The translations under genes and the position numbers were made by a program. 64,000 nt of DNA, from NCBI GenBank assembly GCA_041645535.1, contig JBAZPT010000002.1, positions 77,605-141,604 on the forward strand, written 5' to 3'. The stretch's first letter is position 1. The number at the start of each line of letters is the position of its first letter. The notes under the pieces are model-generated. The model had not been told where the DNA came from and did no database searches. It saw nothing but the letters and a program-made list of their open reading frames with translations. Positions 24,473 through 33,380 of this stretch are shown in pieces. The DNA is from Parcubacteria group bacterium. Lineage in GTDB: Bacteria; Patescibacteriota; Minisyncoccia; Moranbacterales; UBA2206.

Positions 24473-26116
24473 TTACAAAAAGATAATCTTCACCAAAATC
24501 AAACCATAAGCCGCCGCGATTCCCAGAACCCACCAAAAGAACTGGCGCGGTTTTGTTTTTTTATTCACAATTACCAGAAACGCGCCTGCGCCGCAAAGAA
24601 CCGCCCACCAAAAAAGCCTGAATTCATTCAGGAAGAAAACTGTAAGCACAAAGGAAACAAAAGCCCAGGCCGCCATAAAGAGCCTGCCTTTTTCTTCCCC
24701 TAAAAGCACCGGCAAGGTCCAGATATTATGCTTTTTGTCGGCCTCAATATCCTTGAAATCCTTGAGCGGCAAAGCCAGTGTCAAGGTCAAAAGAAGCAGT
24801 AAAATAACTCTCCAGGAAAGTCCCTGTATATTATTGTCGCCGGAAATAAGCGCGAAACCGATAAATAAAACAATGATTAAGTCCGCCGCCGCCAATAAAG
24901 TAGCCGCGACTGGCAGCCTTTTCAGATGGAATGGCGGGCTGGAATATATCCAGGCGATGACTTGATATACCAACAAGAGCGCGGCGAACTTTGGATTCAC
25001 GATAAATCCGCCAACCAGCGAGAGTATGAAAAAAATCAAACCTATCTGCCAGTATTCGCCTATCGTGATTATCTTTTTTGGCAAAGGGCGATCCTGGTTT
25101 GAAATAGCGTCGATGGAAAAATCATAAATATCATTAACCGCCACGGAAGCCAACCAGGCCAGCCAAATAGCGGCTAAAAGATTCAGCGCGGCAAAAGCGG
25201 AAAAAATATTCAGATTAAGATTTCCGGGATAAGCCAGGTAGCCCAGCCACAGCCCGGCGAAAAACAATCCTGTATGCCCCAGTAGCTGCGGCAACCTGGC
25301 GTTTCCGGCCAGCGCGCGAAATTTGTCTTTATTTATCCAAAAAAACAAAATGGCCAGAAGCCCCAGCAAGAGCGGAAAGTAAATTAAGTTAAGATTGAAG
25401 GAGAGAGCATGCTTGAGGCTCTCCGCGAATTCAACGCCGAAAATCGGCTTAGGCGCGCCCACAAATTGCACAATATCAATGCTGGTCACTGCGGTGATTT
25501 TTTTCGAACCCTGAAAAAAATGATAAACAAACGACAGCCAGGATGGGAAACTGACGAAGAAAAAAAGTATGCCGTATGCTCCCAGCGCCCCGGCGAGCGA
25601 TCGCCAAACATTTTTCGTTTTTAAAAATATAATCAAAAGGAATGCCAGCACGCAAACTGCTGCCATAATTCGCGTTCCAAAATATACCATTCCGGTCGGC
25701 AAATTTCCCAAAAAACTTACGCATTGCGGACCCAAGTCATGAAAACTGCTGAATAAATACGGGCTCCAAAAAATTCCCCCGCCGGTTTTTAGCATATCAA
25801 AAATTGGAGGGAAAATGATGATGAGCGATGCCCATAAGACCAAATTGCTCAACTTCAGAGGGTTTTCCTGGACGCATAGCGCCAGCCAAAGCCATAAAGA
25901 AATAATAACCAGCAGAAAAAAAAGCAGGTTGTGGGCATCAGTCGGACTGGCCAGTGTAAATTTTCCCTGCTGGGCCACGAAATTATCCAAAAAAAGCCTG
26001 ACGGCTATAATTCCCGCAAAGCTAAGAAACCAGACCAAGGGACTGGGAGCCTTTTCCGAAAAACTATCCGGCCATTTATTCATTTTTTGCATAAATGCCG
26101 TTACAACTTGATTCAT
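24473..26116 (-). CDS. polytopic membrane protein: ~290-aa N-terminal domain of unknown function fused to a UbiA-family prenyltransferase
   Basis: 547 aa with about 14 predicted TM helices. UbiA Asp-rich motif NDIYDFSIDAISNQDRPLP in the C-terminal half. Confidence 0.7.
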   Translation of the reverse strand: MNQVVTAFMQKMNKWPDSFSEKAPSPLVWFLSFAGIIAVRLFLDNFVAQQGKFTLASPTDAHNLLFFLLVIISLWLWLALCVQENPLKLSNLVLWASLIIIFPPIFDMLKTGGGIFWSPYLFSSFHDLGPQCVSFLGNLPTGMVYFGTRIMAAVCVLAFLLIIFLKTKNVWRSLAGALGAYGILFFFVSFPSWLSFVYHFFQGSKKITAVTSIDIVQFVGAPKPIFGVEFAESLKHALSFNLNLIYFPLLLGLLAILFFWINKDKFRALAGNARLPQLLGHTGLFFAGLWLGYLAYPGNLNLNIFSAFAALNLLAAIWLAWLASVAVNDIYDFSIDAISNQDRPLPKKIITIGEYWQIGLIFFILSLVGGFIVNPKFAALLLVYQVIAWIYSSPPFHLKRLPVAATLLAAADLIIVLFIGFALISGDNNIQGLSWRVILLLLLTLTLALPLKDFKDIEADKKHNIWTLPVLLGEEKGRLFMAAWAFVSFVLTVFFLNEFRLFWWAVLCGAGAFLVIVNKKTKPRQFFWWVLGIAAAYGLILVKIIFL

Positions 26117-26203
26117 ACTAGTTTAAAATTAAATAAAAATTAGCTGCTCTGTGGATTTTCTATGCAGTATGGCTAGAATTGTTCAAGTTGTAACGGTATA
26201 AAG

Positions 26204-26212
26204 TTATCCACA
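26204..26212 (+). promoter_or_regulatory. perfect DnaA box TTATCCACA upstream of the T4SS-like cluster promoter
   Basis: Exact 9-mer. A weaker inverted box TGTGGATTT lies at 26150-26158. Confidence 0.6.
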
Positions 26213-26238
26213 GCTTCAGATTACCAGCCTTGCCCCTT

Positions 26239-26266
26239 TTGCGCAACTTTGTTTTTGTGTTATAAT
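26239..26266 (+). promoter_or_regulatory. extended -10 promoter giving a leaderless mRNA for 26273
   Basis: TTGCGC (26239-26244), 16 nt, TGTTATAAT (26258-26266). The ATG at 26273 falls on the predicted +1. Confidence 0.55.
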
Positions 26267-26272
26267 TTTGGC

Positions 26273-27322
26273 ATGCTAATAGAAATAAAACACATCAAAT
26301 TAACTTTGCTGATTTTGTTTAGTTTGGTAGTTTCGAGCTATGCTTTTTTCAGCCTGGCCCAGGAAAATTCGCAGACGCAAAATAATATTTTTATTGATTC
26401 CGACCAGGACGGACTTTCTGACCAGGAAGAAATTTCTTATGGCACTGACCCGCGCAATTCCGATTCGGATCATGATGGATATTCCGACGGCACCGAAATA
26501 AAATCCGGCTATGATCCGCTGATACCTTCTCCAGGAGACAGGGTAGTTAAGGAAACAGAAACAACCTCTGTCAATTCGGCCGATGAAACCAGCCTGACTA
26601 AGGAAGTCGCCCAAAAAATATTAACCCTGACCAACGACACCGCCGCTACCGACGAGGAAAGCCAGCAGATTTCCCTGGATCAAATAAAAACCATTATTAA
26701 TGAATCATTGCAGCCTCAAACAGAGGACGCCGAATTGCCGGCCATTGACAAAAAAGAGCTAAGCATATTAAAGCAAAATTACAAAGGAACAACGGCTGAA
26801 ATAGCGGCCAAAAAAAAGGCGGACTTCATCAATTACGCGGTAGGAATTTATTATGTTTTTTCCAGCAACTCCCAAACGGCCATTACTTCAACCGGCGATA
26901 TACCGAAAACAATCAATCTTATTTCACAGCAGATAATCACCGCCATGACCACGGGAGACTATAAATCCCTCGACGGCTTGAGCAAGAGCGCGGAAAAAAT
27001 TTATGAGCAGATGAAGTCAGTCGAGGTTCCGGAAGAAATGGCTGACGCGCACATTAGAATACTTCAGTTCGCGAAATACGCCGTGACGATCAAGGACTCT
27101 ATGAGCTCCGACTCGCAAGATCCTCTGGCGCAAATTGCTTCTTTGTCCAAAATGCAAAATTTTATCCAGGAGGTAATGTCGTTTTCGGGCGAGATGACTA
27201 CCAAGTTGCAATCTTATGGAATCCAGTTCAGTGAAATGCAAACCACTATGGAAAATTATGGCATTACCCCGCCGGTGGAATCAACTGACACATCCGCGGA
27301 TTCAAGTAACTCGACAGATTAA
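26273..27322 (+). CDS. secreted/anchored protein with thrombospondin-type-3-like Ca-binding repeats
   Basis: Signal anchor, then DSDQDGLSDQEEISYGTDPRNSDSDHDGYSDGTEIKSGYDP, then a helical domain. Confidence 0.65.
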   Translation: MLIEIKHIKLTLLILFSLVVSSYAFFSLAQENSQTQNNIFIDSDQDGLSDQEEISYGTDPRNSDSDHDGYSDGTEIKSGYDPLIPSPGDRVVKETETTSVNSADETSLTKEVAQKILTLTNDTAATDEESQQISLDQIKTIINESLQPQTEDAELPAIDKKELSILKQNYKGTTAEIAAKKKADFINYAVGIYYVFSSNSQTAITSTGDIPKTINLISQQIITAMTTGDYKSLDGLSKSAEKIYEQMKSVEVPEEMADAHIRILQFAKYAVTIKDSMSSDSQDPLAQIASLSKMQNFIQEVMSFSGEMTTKLQSYGIQFSEMQTTMENYGITPPVESTDTSADSSNSTD

Positions 27323-27328
27323 ATTTTT

Positions 27329-28429
27329 ATGAAAAAAATTTCTCGAAAAAAATTATTCTGCGTAAAAATGATTGCCGTCATTCTTTTCAGCTTATCCTTG
27401 AATTTGAGTCCGCTAACCGTACCTAAGGCCTATGCCTGGGAAACATACATTACAACTCCACTGGGAGTAATGCTCGATACTATGATCAGTATAGTTAAGG
27501 GCGTTTTATTGGGTTCGTTGAAACAGGCAGCCGCAAAGGCTCTTAATAAAGAAATAAGCAATATGGTCGGCGGATCTTCTTCTAGCAACGCCATGTTTGT
27601 CACTGACTGGCAGGATTATCTGATTAAACAGCCGGAACAAAAAACCAAAGTCTTTTTGAATGCCTACATCGATCAGGCAACCTCCGGCCGCGGATCGCTT
27701 TCGCAATACATCCCAGCCGGCTCTGAAGGCTTTGGCCTGAACGCCGCCAATTACAACAATCAGCTGAAAATTGGAGCTACCGCTTCCATTGTAAATCCAA
27801 AAGATCCTAAGGTTACCTATGTCGGCAATCCTTCGCAAATGTTCGCTGAAGGTAATTTCCGCAATTTGAGCCTGTATCTTTCCGGCATTAACAATCCCTG
27901 GGCTTTTAATCTGCATATTCAGGAAAAATTTGACGAAACCAAGAAAAATGAACAACTGACGGCCGCTGAAAAAGCTCGCGCGGGATCAGGCTTTACCGGC
28001 ACGGAATCCAACGGCAAAACCATCACGCCAGGTATCTTAATCAAGGAACAAATGGCGGGAGTGCAAAATATTGGCAATACCATTATTGGCAACGCCACCA
28101 ATATTCCGGAAGTGATCACGGCTATTGTTTCCCAAATGGCCATCCAATCAATCAAACAAGGCGTCGGCAAAGTCCAGGCTAACATTCAAAAAGAAGTTAC
28201 CACCGCGCAAAACCAGGCATCCAGCCAACTCAATTCAGCTGTCCAGCAATTGGGTCCGGGAGCGCAATATACCTCCAGCTGGTCGCAAGGCGCTTCTTCC
28301 AGCACCACCTGTGCTGTCGCCTGCGCCGGCACCGGCGCGCATTACGGCGCCAGCTGTACCAGCGCCGAAAATGGAACCGCCGCCTGCCCAACCGTGGCTG
28401 GAAAACAATATTGTTGCATTCCGAGGTAG
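27329..28429 (+). CDS. secreted protein with Cys-rich C-terminus, unknown function
   Basis: N-terminal signal anchor; C-terminus TTCAVACAGTGAHYGASCTSAENGTAACPTVAGKQYCCIPR. Confidence 0.6.
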   Translation: MKKISRKKLFCVKMIAVILFSLSLNLSPLTVPKAYAWETYITTPLGVMLDTMISIVKGVLLGSLKQAAAKALNKEISNMVGGSSSSNAMFVTDWQDYLIKQPEQKTKVFLNAYIDQATSGRGSLSQYIPAGSEGFGLNAANYNNQLKIGATASIVNPKDPKVTYVGNPSQMFAEGNFRNLSLYLSGINNPWAFNLHIQEKFDETKKNEQLTAAEKARAGSGFTGTESNGKTITPGILIKEQMAGVQNIGNTIIGNATNIPEVITAIVSQMAIQSIKQGVGKVQANIQKEVTTAQNQASSQLNSAVQQLGPGAQYTSSWSQGASSSTTCAVACAGTGAHYGASCTSAENGTAACPTVAGKQYCCIPR

Positions 28430-28454
28430 AAAAAGCCGATTTTATTAAAAAGTT

Positions 28455-28937
28455 ATGCCAAAACAAAAATTAATGAAAGAAAATTCCGAAAATATCACTA
28501 ACCATCTGGCTGTTTTTAGGGGCAAAACCATCAGGAAAACAATCTTTCAAAAAGAATGGTGGTTTTCAGTTGTTGATGTCATTCAGGTGCTTATTAACCA
28601 ACAAGATGGTCTAAAAGCTAGAAAATACTGGAACAAACTAGCGCAACGGCTACGAGAGGAGGGAAGTGAAGTGGTGACAAATTGTCACCAGTTGAAATTA
28701 CTGGCTCCTGATGGCAAAATGCGAGAAACAGACTGTGCTAACACGGAAGATATGTTCAGAATTGTGCAATCGATCCCGTCGCCCAAGGCCGAACCACTAA
28801 AACGCTGGCTGGCCAAAGTTGGCTATGAAAGAATTTACCCCATTGGATATGAAATTATCCAACGGGGTGAAGAAATTGAAAATCCGGAATTACCATGGCT
28901 AAATAATTTGACTTTTGCATATATTGGAATTACCTAA
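28455..28937 (+). CDS. Bro-N/antirepressor-like DNA-binding protein, apparently 3'-truncated
   Basis: FRGKTIRKTIFQKEWWFSVVDVIQVL...PKAEPLKRWLAKVGYERI. The frame runs into the GIY-YIG gene. Confidence 0.6.
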   Translation: MPKQKLMKENSENITNHLAVFRGKTIRKTIFQKEWWFSVVDVIQVLINQQDGLKARKYWNKLAQRLREEGSEVVTNCHQLKLLAPDGKMRETDCANTEDMFRIVQSIPSPKAEPLKRWLAKVGYERIYPIGYEIIQRGEEIENPELPWLNNLTFAYIGIT

Positions 28938-28947
28938 CGGGGTAAAA

Positions 28948-29217
28948 ATGAATACTATGTTTTATATTTATATTCTGCAAAGCCTGAAGGATGAAAAATT
29001 TTACGTAGGCTACACGAATGATCTAACAAATAGAAAGAAGAAACACGACAAAGGATTGGTCAATTCCACAAAAAACAGAAGACCTTTGCAACTCGTATAT
29101 TATGAAGCCTGTATTGATCAGCAAGACGCAACCCATAGAGAAAAATATTTGAAAACAGCCTGGGGCAAAAGGTATATAAAAAGCAGGTTGAAAAATCATT
29201 TAGTACTGAAAATTTAA
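28948..29217 (+). CDS. GIY-YIG nuclease-domain protein (stand-alone, ~90 aa)
   Basis: FYIYILQSLKDEKFYVGYTNDLTNRKKKH...REKYLK. The ATG is preceded by TAACGGGGTAAAA. Confidence 0.8.
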   Translation: MNTMFYIYILQSLKDEKFYVGYTNDLTNRKKKHDKGLVNSTKNRRPLQLVYYEACIDQQDATHREKYLKTAWGKRYIKSRLKNHLVLKI

Positions 29218-29265
29218 AATAATTTTTTACGCGACAAAAATAAAAAGCGCATAAAGTAACCTTCG

Positions 29266-31230
29266 ATGAAAACAAAGAAACTAAAAAATATACTTGGCAT
29301 AGGGATTCTGTTTATCGTATCCGTCGGTTTTTTGTTTTTTGGAAACACGGAAGCAGTGGAAGCAGATACTTTAAATTGCGCGTGTTTTAATGGAACTGCG
29401 CCTACTACGGAAAACATAACAGAATATATTGATGTCACTGTTGGAAATAGTTCTTCACCCACACAGGCAGAAACAAATCAATGTTCGGATCTTTGTAAAA
29501 GCAAATCTTATTCAGGTGGCAGTCTTATGGGGAAGATTAGCACTGGAATAGACATGCTCAGTAGGTGGACGGGATATTATTCTCCGGGAAATGTTGCGCA
29601 AAGAAACGTTGTCGATCCTTTAAAGGGCGCCCTTGGCACGATATTTAAGGGCTTGCTAGTTATAGTGTTGATTTTTGTAGGAATGCTTTTGTCAGTTGCT
29701 GCAAGTATCTTCGAGTGGATCACCCAAGTAGGCAATTTTAAATCAGTAGTTGATGGGCCAACTGTGTATACCGCATGGCAAAATGTTAGGGATGTTTTGA
29801 ATATTGCTTTTATTTTAGTTCTTCTTTATTCCGCTTTTTGCACAATTTTACAAATTGAAAGTTATAATTACAAAAAAATACTTTTAAAACTGGTCATAAT
29901 GGCATTGCTTGTAAATTTCAGCTTTCCTATTACCCGATTCATTATTGACACTTCCAATGTTTTGATGTACACAATTATTCAGACACTCTTGCCTGATCAA
30001 ACTTCTAAGCTTTTTTCTGCATTTTCGAATCCCTCTATAACAGCAATTTTAAACCAAGGAACAGAAGCCTCGGGCGTGTCACTGCTCGCTTCCATTGTTT
30101 TTGTTTTTATACTGGCCATCACATTACTGGCAATTGCCATTTTATTTGTCATTCGAATGATAGTTTTAACAATACTTATAATTTTTTCTCCGCTGGCTTT
30201 TGTCGCGACAATTTTTCCCGACACAGGAAGCTATTCCAGCAAATGGTGGGACAATCTTTTTAAGTATTCCTTCTTCGGGCCCATAATGATGTTTATGCTT
30301 TACATATCGGCACAGATAATGGTCTCTACTATAGGCATTAACAAAAGCCTTACTGCAGTCGTACAAAAAAATTCCATCGAGCCTAACTTAGTTGCCGCTA
30401 TGGCCGAATTCTCCGTGCCGATTGTCATCCTTTGGATGGGCATAGGCATGGCTGCTTCCATGAGCGGGGCAGCCGGTTCGGCAGTCATAAGCGGCGCGCA
30501 GAAGTTTATTAAAGGCGCTGGCAAGAAATTCAGCGGTTACAATGCGATTAAAAAACAATATGATGCCTTTGCCGGAGCTCGCAAAAAACGCGAAGAAGCT
30601 AAGGCCAGAAACAGATTTGGAGGCAAAGTCGGCGACTTCACCAATAAGGCGCAGGATACTGTTATTGCAGGAATTCCAGGCGTGGGAGGTGCCGCTCGAA
30701 AACGACTGGATGAAATGGAGCGCAAAAAAATTCAAGAAATTAGAGAGGAATGGAAGAAGATTGGCGGGGCAAGCGATGTTCAACTTAATGATCATCTCAA
30801 CAGCCATGATTCCGCAAAACGCAAAGCAGCTGCCATGGAAATGGCTGAAAAAAATGGTTTTGGAGACGGAACAAATCCGGCTGCAGACTTAGCTCGTTAC
30901 AAATCTGCTTTTGCAGCGATTGAAAATGACCCGGTTTACAAAAAATTATTTGATGAAAAAGTCAAAGAGAAACATGTGCGTCTTATTATCGCCGACGAGA
31001 TTCCAACAAAAGGTCTTGCAGCAGCTTATGATGATAATTTAAAAAATATGACCGCTGACCAACTTGCAAAACAAACCAACTTATTGGATAAAGATGAGTT
31101 TCATGATAACTTCATGCAAACCAAAAAGATATCCGATCCTAATTTTATCATAGAAGTTGCCAAAAGAGCTACCGGAGGCGTTAGAAATGACTGGAAAAGA
31201 GCTGTTCCCAATAGAAATTATACCATCTAA
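29266..31230 (+). CDS. VirB6/TrbL-like polytopic membrane protein with Cys-containing exodomain and long charged C-terminal tail
   Basis: 654 aa; signal peptide, about 7 TM helices, then a Lys/Glu-rich cytoplasmic tail. The call rests on architecture and neighbours; no strict motif was recognised. Confidence 0.5.
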   Translation: MKTKKLKNILGIGILFIVSVGFLFFGNTEAVEADTLNCACFNGTAPTTENITEYIDVTVGNSSSPTQAETNQCSDLCKSKSYSGGSLMGKISTGIDMLSRWTGYYSPGNVAQRNVVDPLKGALGTIFKGLLVIVLIFVGMLLSVAASIFEWITQVGNFKSVVDGPTVYTAWQNVRDVLNIAFILVLLYSAFCTILQIESYNYKKILLKLVIMALLVNFSFPITRFIIDTSNVLMYTIIQTLLPDQTSKLFSAFSNPSITAILNQGTEASGVSLLASIVFVFILAITLLAIAILFVIRMIVLTILIIFSPLAFVATIFPDTGSYSSKWWDNLFKYSFFGPIMMFMLYISAQIMVSTIGINKSLTAVVQKNSIEPNLVAAMAEFSVPIVILWMGIGMAASMSGAAGSAVISGAQKFIKGAGKKFSGYNAIKKQYDAFAGARKKREEAKARNRFGGKVGDFTNKAQDTVIAGIPGVGGAARKRLDEMERKKIQEIREEWKKIGGASDVQLNDHLNSHDSAKRKAAAMEMAEKNGFGDGTNPAADLARYKSAFAAIENDPVYKKLFDEKVKEKHVRLIIADEIPTKGLAAAYDDNLKNMTADQLAKQTNLLDKDEFHDNFMQTKKISDPNFIIEVAKRATGGVRNDWKRAVPNRNYTI

Positions 31231-31241
31231 ATTTAAAAGTT

Positions 31242-32156
31242 ATGCAAATTGATAATCTAAAAATATTTTCAAATTTTTCTCCCATCATTGCCCAACCAAT
31301 GGAAAGAGAAACTACGGAGCAATTTTCAAGAAGATGGGAAAAATTTGATGCTTTGCCTGAAAAAATCAAGGGCAAGCTTTCTGATCCAAAAGTTCCGGAA
31401 TCTATAAAGAATCTTGGAAAAATAAACAATTTAGCACCTCAACAAACCTGTAGTATTTCCAGAGCCATCAGAAGTTACTATTTCGGCGAGTTGAAGTTGG
31501 AGGATATGCCGGCGGTTTTGGCTAAAGAGATACCGATTGATTTGGCGAAAGCGCGGGAGATTTCGAGAATGGTAATTCAAAAGATTATTAATGACAACTC
31601 GGTGGAAGAAGCTTCGCAAGCCAAGCTGGTTCAGATAACTGTCGCTGACGCGCTAAAGGCTTATCCGGAAATTGGGGAGCAGTTGATCACATCCGAAAAA
31701 ATTGTTTTGAAAAATTTTCCGGAACCGGCGCGGCCGTGCCTCAAAAACTGGCTGGCGGATTTCACTTTCACGCTCGGGCGCGACAAACACACGGCGATGG
31801 ACAGGGGCATTTATCTTTTCCAAAGCGCCAACGGAAAGCGGTTGAATTCGCAAGACAGAAACAAGTTGGCTTATATTTTAAAAGCGTTTGATGAAAATTT
31901 GCCTATTTCTGTGAATAAGGATGTGAAGCAAATTGTTTTTGCGCCGCAACCCGAAACCCAAAACCTGAAACCTGAAACCCAGACTCCACCGACACAAGGA
32001 TTTTCCTCTGATATGCATAGCGGCGTGAGATTTTCATCAGCGCAGAAATTGCCATACGAACAAAAACAGGAACAGCCATATGTAATCAAGCCGATAGCGC
32101 CAAAGCAGGAAGAAAATAGACTATTACAGAAAAATGTAGTTGATTTAAGAGAGTAG
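31242..32156 (+). CDS. hypothetical protein (304 aa)
   Basis: ORF in the cluster. Contains the heptamer-repeat stretch at 31955-31990. Confidence 0.5.
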   Translation: MQIDNLKIFSNFSPIIAQPMERETTEQFSRRWEKFDALPEKIKGKLSDPKVPESIKNLGKINNLAPQQTCSISRAIRSYYFGELKLEDMPAVLAKEIPIDLAKAREISRMVIQKIINDNSVEEASQAKLVQITVADALKAYPEIGEQLITSEKIVLKNFPEPARPCLKNWLADFTFTLGRDKHTAMDRGIYLFQSANGKRLNSQDRNKLAYILKAFDENLPISVNKDVKQIVFAPQPETQNLKPETQTPPTQGFSSDMHSGVRFSSAQKLPYEQKQEQPYVIKPIAPKQEENRLLQKNVVDLRE

Positions 32157-32165
32157 TTTTAAAAA

Positions 32166-32284
32166 AGTCTAAAGTATCAAGTCTGAAGTCTAAAAAAAGT
32201 TAAAAGTTGAAAAGTATATAAGTATAAAAAGTTTTTACTTTAATATCTTATACCTCCTTTAGACTTTAAGCTTTAGCCTTTAGA
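32166..32284. repeat. AT-rich intergenic imperfect inverted repeat built from AGTCTAAAG-like units
   Basis: AGTCTAAAGTATCAAGTCTGAAGTCTAAA (32166-32194) versus TTTAGACTTTAAGCTTTAGCCTTTAGA (32257-32283). Confidence 0.5.
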
Positions 32285-32295
32285 ATTTAACGCAT

Positions 32296-32688
32296 ATGTT
32301 ATTCAACATTCCCCAATTTATCGACAAAGAAGACAAAATTGTCGGCCCGCTCACTGCCAAACAGCTGGGCTGGTCGTTCGGCGCGGGCGGAGTGCTGATT
32401 TTTCTCTGGGCCATCCTCGACATTTCCGCCTTCATTATGGCTTCAGTTCCCGTCATAGCCATTTTCGGAGCCTTGGCTTTTTACCGCCCGAACAACATGT
32501 CGCTCATCGCTTTCATTTTTTCCTCCGTCCGTTTTTTTTTCCGCCCGAAAATGTATGTTTGGAAGCGAGTGCCGGATGTTATTAAAATTCAGAAAAAGAC
32601 ACGCCCAGCCAAGACCATTTCCCGCGATACAAGGATTATAAATAATGATAGAATATCGGAGATAACGAAATTGCTGGATCAAAAATAA
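32296..32688 (+). CDS. PrgI/VirB3-like small two-TM T4SS protein
   Basis: MLFNIPQFIDKEDKIVGPLTAKQLGW followed by two TM helices. It lies just upstream of VirB4. Confidence 0.65.
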   Translation: MLFNIPQFIDKEDKIVGPLTAKQLGWSFGAGGVLIFLWAILDISAFIMASVPVIAIFGALAFYRPNNMSLIAFIFSSVRFFFRPKMYVWKRVPDVIKIQKKTRPAKTISRDTRIINNDRISEITKLLDQK

Positions 32689-32692
32689 TTTT

Positions 32693-33379
32693 ATGGAAAT
32701 ATTGCATCAGGACAAATTAGCCAAAAAAACCACGACTGCCGCCACGCAGAGTTTTTTGGATGTCGCTGAAGTCAAAGAAGACGCAATTGTCCTTAAAAAC
32801 GGGTCGCTCCGCTCGGTAATCGCCGTTTCTTCCATAAATTATGATTTGAAATCCACCGACGAACAGGATGCCATTATCAGCCAGTACCAGAATTTCCTGA
32901 ATTCCCTGGATTTTCCGGTGCAAATTATCATTAGTTCCAGAAAGTTGGATATGCAGCATTATCTGGAGTTTTTGAGCGAAAAAGAAAAAGAACAGTCAGG
33001 CGAACTTTTGCGCCTGCAGATTTCCGAATATAAAAATTTCATTACCCAGCTGGTGGAAGTTTCCAACATTATGGACAAGAATTTTTACATTATCGTCCCG
33101 TTTTCGCCCATTGAAAATGAAGAAAAAAGTTTTTTCAGCAATTTCCTGAATGTCCTTAATCCGAAAAAGGGCATTATTGAAAAACGGGAGAATTTTGAAA
33201 CCTGCAAAAGCCAGCTTTTCCAGCGCGTCGATCATGTGATGGCCGGCCTTTCCGGCATTGGACTGCGCCTGGCTCCGCTCCAGACCCAGGAGCTCGTGGA
33301 ACTCCTCTACAACGCGTATAATCCGACCGTTTTTAATTTATCCGAACTGGGAGAAATCAAGGAACTTGATTTAAAATAA
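32693..33379 (+). CDS. hypothetical protein resembling a VirB4 N-terminal region
   Basis: AEVKEDAIVLKNGSLRSVIAVSSINYDLKSTDEQDAIISQYQNFLNSLDFPVQIIISSRKLD. The stop is 1 nt before the VirB4 start. Confidence 0.45.
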   Translation: MEILHQDKLAKKTTTAATQSFLDVAEVKEDAIVLKNGSLRSVIAVSSINYDLKSTDEQDAIISQYQNFLNSLDFPVQIIISSRKLDMQHYLEFLSEKEKEQSGELLRLQISEYKNFITQLVEVSNIMDKNFYIIVPFSPIENEEKSFFSNFLNVLNPKKGIIEKRENFETCKSQLFQRVDHVMAGLSGIGLRLAPLQTQELVELLYNAYNPTVFNLSELGEIKELDLK

Positions 33380-33380
33380 A

